From contig NC_011979.1 of assembly GCF_000022265.1 (NCBI RefSeq), positions 480,001 through 512,000 of the forward strand: 32,000 nt of DNA. Reading direction: 5' to 3'. The stretch is from Geotalea daltonii FRC-32 (GTDB lineage Bacteria > Desulfobacterota > Desulfuromonadia > Geobacterales > Geobacteraceae). The notes under the pieces were generated by a model, which saw nothing but the letters and a program-made list of their open reading frames with translations, had not been told where the DNA came from and made no database searches. Below are positions 27,553-32,000 of this stretch, one piece after another (positions within the stretch are counted from its first letter, which is position 1; the number at the start of each line of letters is the position of its first letter). The position numbers and the translations under genes are program-made.

Positions 27553-28305
27553 ATGAACGAGCGGGAATATGAGCGGATGTTCAGGGTGGAAGACAGTCAC
27601 TGGTGGTATGCCGGGCTGCATGAGCTGATCCTGGAAACGGTGGCAGGTGAAAAGCATGAAGAGCCCCTTGCCATTCTCGACGCCGGCTGCGGTACGGGAC
27701 GTCTTTGCCAGCTTCTGCAGTCGTTCGGGACTGTGGCAGGCTGCGATGCGTCGCCGCAAGCTTTGGCTTTCAGCCGTTCCCGTGGAGTGAGCGGCCTGTT
27801 TCATGCCGACCTTAACAATGTTGATCTGGGTGAAAAACGGTACGATGTAATTACCTCCATCGATGTCCTCTACCACCAAGCGGTTACTGACGAAGAAAAT
27901 ATCATTTCCCGGTTTTACCGGGCACTGAAACCGGGAGGCCTTCTCGTCCTCAACCTGGTTGCCTTCGAGTTCCTCCGCAGCACCCATGATATCGCCGTTC
28001 ACACCCGCAAGCGATATACTCTCGGTGGACTGTTACCATCCCTCAAGGGACAGGGATACAGCATCGAAAAAGCCACCTATCGTCTCGGGCTCCTCTTTTT
28101 CCCCATCGCTTTCTACAGATTGGCAAAGAAATTACTTCCCCGTTCGTCGCAACGTGAGCAGGTTGATTCTGATGTTTACCTGCCGCCATCGGTGATCAAT
28201 TCCTTGCTTCTGCAGCTTGTTCGTGCAGAAAATAGTTTTCTGCACCATTGCAGTCTCCCCTTTGGCACTTCAGTATATATAGCGGCACGCCGACCGTTAA
28301 TATGA
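27553..28305 (+). CDS. Class I SAM-dependent methyltransferase
   Basis: Motif I ILDAGCGTGRL, post-I CDAS, motif II/III DVITSIDVLYH ... LKPGGLLVL, and an N-terminal EDSHWWY block. The substrate cannot be deduced from the sequence. Confidence 0.8.
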   Translation: MNEREYERMFRVEDSHWWYAGLHELILETVAGEKHEEPLAILDAGCGTGRLCQLLQSFGTVAGCDASPQALAFSRSRGVSGLFHADLNNVDLGEKRYDVITSIDVLYHQAVTDEENIISRFYRALKPGGLLVLNLVAFEFLRSTHDIAVHTRKRYTLGGLLPSLKGQGYSIEKATYRLGLLFFPIAFYRLAKKLLPRSSQREQVDSDVYLPPSVINSLLLQLVRAENSFLHHCSLPFGTSVYIAARRPLI

Positions 28306-28428
28306 AGCTGACAGCTACCGATGCTCCTTCGGCAGAATACATGTTTTAGGTTATACTTTATCCATAGGGCATCAATAACGCAGTATGACCTCGGCTTGAA
28401 AGCAGCAAAAGGCCGAAAGGAGGACCGT

Positions 28429-28578
28429 ATGCTATGGACAATCGTAGTGGTCCTGCTGATTCTATGGTTGCTGGGACTCGTTACCAGCTATACTCTGGGA
28501 GGGTTGGTCCATCTTCTGCTGATCATAGCCATCATCATGGTCATTGTTAATCTTATCTCAGGGCGGCGGCCATTGTAG
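28429..28578 (+). CDS. lmo0937-family tiny membrane protein (49 aa)
   Basis: MLWTIVVVLLILWLLGLVTSYTLGGLVHLLLIIAIIMVIVNLISGRRPL is the characteristic two-helix sequence of this family. AAAGGAGG lies 7 nt before the ATG. The track ORF start at 28321 is too far upstream. Confidence 0.7.
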   Translation: MLWTIVVVLLILWLLGLVTSYTLGGLVHLLLIIAIIMVIVNLISGRRPL

Positions 28579-28606
28579 GGGCAGTAGCCGCTCACGGAGA
28601 GTCGTC

Positions 28607-28636
28607 AGGGCCCGGCATCAAGCCAGGCCCTTTTTT
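28607..28636 (+). terminator. Probable intrinsic terminator after the lmo0937-like gene
   Basis: AGGGCC-C-GGC atcaa GCC-A-GGCCCT followed by TTTTTT. Confidence 0.5.
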
Positions 28637-28787
28637 ATCCTGCCAAGTCGTGCCACCTTCCCGATCCTGCACCTCTCACTGAAAAGTATCCCCGGTGTAT
28701 TTACCATCACATGCAACTATTTCCGATTATATTAACCTGTGGGCATATTGCCCTTCCATGGAAGGAATAAAAGCGTCTTGTGAGGTA

Positions 28788-30551
28788 ATGATGAGTTCAA
28801 AGCAGATTCGTCTGATAAAAATATTAGTGCTGTTACTGATCTTCACCGCCGTTGCCTTTGGGGCGTCGACCTGGAAGGAGCGGCGCGACGAGGAAAAAAA
28901 CCGCATCAGCTACACAGCCTTTGTCGACAAGGTAAATGCCGGTGAAATTTCGAAGGTGAGGAGCGAAGGGGACGCAATTACCGCCCATGGCCAGTCTGGG
29001 GCCAGGTTCATCCTCCATAGACCCATGGATGCCGAGCTGTCGAAGCTGCTTTTGGCCCGGCACATCGATTTTGCCGCAACACCCCCGGCAGCGCCTTCCC
29101 ATTGGGTGGAGCTGTGCCTGCTTCTGGTGGTGCTGGTGCCGATATTCCTGATCATGAAGAAGCTGGCTCTTTTCGGGAGGAGCAAGGCGAAGCTTTCCGA
29201 TCGATCCAGCACCGATACCTGTTTTACAGACGTGGCCGGAGCCGATGAGGCGAAAAGCGACCTGCTGGAGACGGTGGAATTCCTGCGGGATCCGGGAAAA
29301 TTCTCCCGGCTGGGTGGTAAAATGCTGACCGGCATTCTGCTTGTCGGTCCCCCGGGGACAGGGAAAACCCTTCTTGCACGTGCTGTTGCCGGAGAAGCAG
29401 GAGTACCCTTTTTTTCCATGTCAGGATCGGAGTTTGTCGAGATGTACGTGGGAGTGGGGTCGTCCAGGGTCCGGGACCTGTTTGCCCAGGGGCATAAAGC
29501 GGCGCCCTGCATAATTTTCATTGACGAACTTGACGCCGTCGGCCGCAAGCGTGACGCCGGCGGCAACGGGGCCAATGATGAGCGGGATCAAACACTCAAC
29601 CAGCTGTTGGTGGAGATGGATGGCTTCTGTGTCAACAAGGGTGTTGTCGTCATAGCTGCCACCAACCGGCCGGAGGTGCTGGATCCGGCACTGTTGAGAC
29701 CGGGACGCTTCGACCGGCAGGTGACCGTTGGGACTCCCGATATCAAGGGCCGCGAAGACATACTCAAGGTGCATACCAGAGATGTGCCTCTGGATGAGGG
29801 TGTGGATCTGCGTCTTGTTGCTCGGGGTACGCCCGGCTTCTCCGGTGCCGATTTGGCCAATCTGATCAATGAAGCTGCGATAATTGCCGCAAAGGGAGGC
29901 AAGCCGACCGTGGAGATGGCCGACCTGGACATGGCGCGGGACAAGGTGCTGATGGGAGCAGAGAGGAAATCAATGGTCCTTTCAGACCAGGTGAAGCTGA
30001 GCACTGCCTGGCATGAGGCGGGCCATGTCATGGTGGCCAAGCTGGTGCCTGGCTGCGACCCGGTGCACAAGGTATCGATCATTCCTCGTGGGCGAGCCCT
30101 GGGTGTAACGGTGCAGATCCCTGAAGAAGACATTTACAGCTATACGAAGGAGATGCTGCTGGCACACATCAAGGTGCTGATGGGGGGGAGGGCTGCCGAG
30201 GATCTTGTCTTCAATACCACTACCACCGGTGCCGGCAATGACCTGGCCCGGGCAACGGATGTGGCACGGAAGATGGTCTGCGAATGGGGTATGTCAGAAG
30301 CGTTCGGTCCTGTGGCCTTTGGTAGTCATGAAAGCACAAAGACCGGAGATGGTGCTGCAGTCAAGGGTTTCAGCGATGCCACGGCAGTGGAGATCGATAC
30401 CGAGATCCGGTCCATAGTAACCACGTCCTACGATCAGGTGCGTCGGCTGCTTCAGGCCAATATGGAGACGATGGAGGCTCTGACCCGCGAGCTTGTTGCC
30501 AGGGAGACCCTGGGAAGCGCCGACATAGACACCATATTCAGCCGGCAATGA
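28788..30551 (+). CDS. ftsH: ATP-dependent zinc metalloprotease FtsH (divergent copy)
   Basis: Two N-terminal TM helices, Walker [18 protein letters not shown], Walker [37 protein letters not shown] and zinc site HEAGH. The start is the ATG at 28788 (MMSSKQIR). Confidence 0.9.
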   Translation: MMSSKQIRLIKILVLLLIFTAVAFGASTWKERRDEEKNRISYTAFVDKVNAGEISKVRSEGDAITAHGQSGARFILHRPMDAELSKLLLARHIDFAATPPAAPSHWVELCLLLVVLVPIFLIMKKLALFGRSKAKLSDRSSTDTCFTDVAGADEAKSDLLETVEFLRDPGKFSRLGGKMLTGILLVGPPGTGKTLLARAVAGEAGVPFFSMSGSEFVEMYVGVGSSRVRDLFAQGHKAAPCIIFIDELDAVGRKRDAGGNGANDERDQTLNQLLVEMDGFCVNKGVVVIAATNRPEVLDPALLRPGRFDRQVTVGTPDIKGREDILKVHTRDVPLDEGVDLRLVARGTPGFSGADLANLINEAAIIAAKGGKPTVEMADLDMARDKVLMGAERKSMVLSDQVKLSTAWHEAGHVMVAKLVPGCDPVHKVSIIPRGRALGVTVQIPEEDIYSYTKEMLLAHIKVLMGGRAAEDLVFNTTTTGAGNDLARATDVARKMVCEWGMSEAFGPVAFGSHESTKTGDGAAVKGFSDATAVEIDTEIRSIVTTSYDQVRRLLQANMETMEALTRELVARETLGSADIDTIFSRQ

Positions 30552-30765
30552 CATTCCTCCAATAGGTTTGGAATTAGCCTGAAAACGCGCCCATCAATTC
30601 ATCGAAATCACTGCAGATTTCCAACACCTTTGCAATATTTTTTGTTGAAATTGCCGGTCTGGTGATGTACAAAGATCAGGTTCTCATTAGAAAATAGGTC
30701 GCTACCTTTGTCCTTTTTGCTCTTCCTCCTCGGGCAGGAACACGACTTGAAGGAAGTCCTGCAGT

Positions 30766-30924
30766 ATGAATAGAGCCTTGTTCAAGGCAACCAACCATGA
30801 TCTGGAGCGGTTGTCGGCTGAGGAACTCCGGATTTATCTGGAGATAGTGGATTTGATGGTTGCTGACGGCATGACGCAAGTGGAAGCGGAAGATCAGGCG
30901 TATCTTAGCTTCTTCACCAAATAA
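30766..30924 (+). CDS. Hypothetical 52-aa helical protein (not in ORF track, weakly supported)
   Basis: The ATG at 30766 is preceded by AGGAAG. The translation MNRALFKATNHDLERLSAEELRIYLEIVDLMVADGMTQVEAEDQAYLSFFTK is balanced and amphipathic. It ends 23 nt before the REC-PilZ gene. Confidence 0.3.
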   Translation: MNRALFKATNHDLERLSAEELRIYLEIVDLMVADGMTQVEAEDQAYLSFFTK

Positions 30925-30947
30925 AACTGACGGAGAATTACTGCCGC

Positions 30948-31652
30948 ATGCGAAAAATACTTCTCGTCAGCGATTCACCCAGCTTCCGGGAAAGGAACAA
31001 GTCTCTGCTGGAGAAAGCACGTTTCCGGCTCTTTACGGCGGCTTCTGCCTTGGAAGCACTTCAGCTGCAGCGGGAAATCGGCGCTGATCTGATCATTGCC
31101 ATGCTGGACCTGCCGGACATGGGGGGAGACATGCTCTGTTCAATGATCCGCCAGGGCAAAGATACCTGCCTGGTTCCAATAATGCTGGTCTGCTACCATT
31201 CTCCCGAGGCAATGGCCCGCGCAGAACGATGCGGAGCCAATGCATGGATCATCAAACCGGTACACCCTCATCTGCTCCTCAGGGAAGTGTGCAATCTTTT
31301 GACTACCCAGAAACCCCGTGAGCATCGGGTAAAGCTGAAAACCCACGTCAACGGCATTTATGAGAGCATGAAGTTTTCCGGTATCTCGCACAATATCAGT
31401 GTTTCGGGGGTCCTCTGTGAGACGGCCCTGGAACTTGCCCCCGATGATCTGATAAAAAACATGTCCATCAAGGTCAATGCCGGTGAAGTAATGACAGATG
31501 GCAAGGTGGTGAGAAAGGTGGCGTTGTCCGACGGCAGGTTCAATTATGGTGTCCAGTTTTTGAATCCTTCCAATGCCTGTCGCCAGCAGATCGGAAAATT
31601 CGTTGCAGCCAGCCTTGTAGCGCATGCTCCATTGTCTAAAGGACGTGGTTGA
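30948..31652 (+). CDS. Response-regulator receiver domain fused to a PilZ domain
   Basis: REC blocks are ILLVSDS, the phospho-acceptor context DLIIAMLDLPDMGG and WIIKP. The C-terminal half has the PilZ (D/N)xSxxG block NISVSGVL about 20 aa after an Arg-containing PREHRVKL segment. Confidence 0.72.
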   Translation: MRKILLVSDSPSFRERNKSLLEKARFRLFTAASALEALQLQREIGADLIIAMLDLPDMGGDMLCSMIRQGKDTCLVPIMLVCYHSPEAMARAERCGANAWIIKPVHPHLLLREVCNLLTTQKPREHRVKLKTHVNGIYESMKFSGISHNISVSGVLCETALELAPDDLIKNMSIKVNAGEVMTDGKVVRKVALSDGRFNYGVQFLNPSNACRQQIGKFVAASLVAHAPLSKGRG

Positions 31653-32000
31653 CAAGATTATCTCCTGCCCGAAATTTCCGCCGCACCAAAAGTGCCCTGC
31701 CGTTCCTCTGAGTACCCCCGCTTCCTTCTGAATGCCCCTAAAAAGAATCTGCCCAACTATGCAGCCTCACCTGTCTTAACTTTCCGGTATCTGAAAAATG
31801 CCTTCCTTTTCGTGCTGGAAAATTCTGTCCGGCAGGGCTTTATCCCTTGAATTTGTTTCGCGTCAGGTATAGAAAAAAGAGAACTATATCTGGAAATGAG
31901 CTGTTTTCCGACTTGCGGCCTAAACGCAATGGAGCAGGAAATTCCTTCTGGCAATGGAGTACCAAATGAGAAAAGCTTCCCAGCTCTCCGGAAAAAAGCC

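Noticed and set aside
30676-30879. 67-codon minus-strand ORF between ftsH and the REC-PilZ gene, and a 65-codon minus ORF at 31757-31954.
   Set aside because: Neither has an RBS or a recognisable motif. The first overlaps the more plausible 52-codon plus-strand ORF. The second lies in a region that looks like a plain intergenic promoter zone before a gene starting at about 31966, which is too short within the window to annotate.
1-32000. Scan for CRISPR-like regularly spaced repeats, tandem repeats, IS terminal repeats and toxin-antitoxin or defence gene pairs.
   Set aside because: By eye I saw no regularly spaced direct repeats, no transposase-like ORF and no small adjacent gene pairs with TA-like features. 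The only strong repeat structure is the palindromic element at 18604-18781.

Overview
This is a gene-dense chromosomal window with about 30 supported CDS and one tRNA. It comes from a moderately GC-rich Gram-negative bacterium; gene content looks Desulfuromonadales/Geobacter-like, but that is an unverified guess. Most of it is ordinary housekeeping. On the + strand: MFS permease (5' truncated), PlsC-type acyltransferase, recQ, prmA-rsmE plus a zinc-ribbon protein, tRNA-Pro(CGG), a DAACS symporter overlapping an L,D-transpeptidase-like lipoprotein, and ldh. On the - strand: a PpsR-like regulator, OmpR-type RR, HK and DegP/HtrA module, an M20 amidohydrolase, and one tightly packed operon (ubiA-like prenyltransferase, ubiX, mqnE, mqnC, hisC, rnd). 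Further along are ytxH (-), a five-gene + strand sugar operon, a tiny lmo0937-type membrane protein, an ftsH copy and a REC-PilZ protein. I found no CRISPR array, transposase, integrase, prophage gene or recognisable defence system, and no direct repeat of the tRNA 3' end. Two things deserve a second look. (1) The operon at 22929-28305 couples an ArnC/GtrB-type polyprenyl-phosphate glycosyltransferase to an NDP-hexose 2,3-dehydratase, a 3-ketoreductase-like oxidoreductase, a DegT aminotransferase and a methyltransferase. This looks like an Arn-like envelope-modification route built on a 2-deoxy amino sugar. (2) A roughly 180-nt heavily structured element (18604-18781) lies between a predicted extended -10 promoter and the transporter start. 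It has a perfect 16-bp long-range helix that competes with a local 13-bp hairpin. Two unusually long unassigned gaps (17573-18330 and 22240-22928) also hold protein-like ORF fragments. All functional calls rest on motif recognition by eye; no database search was run.
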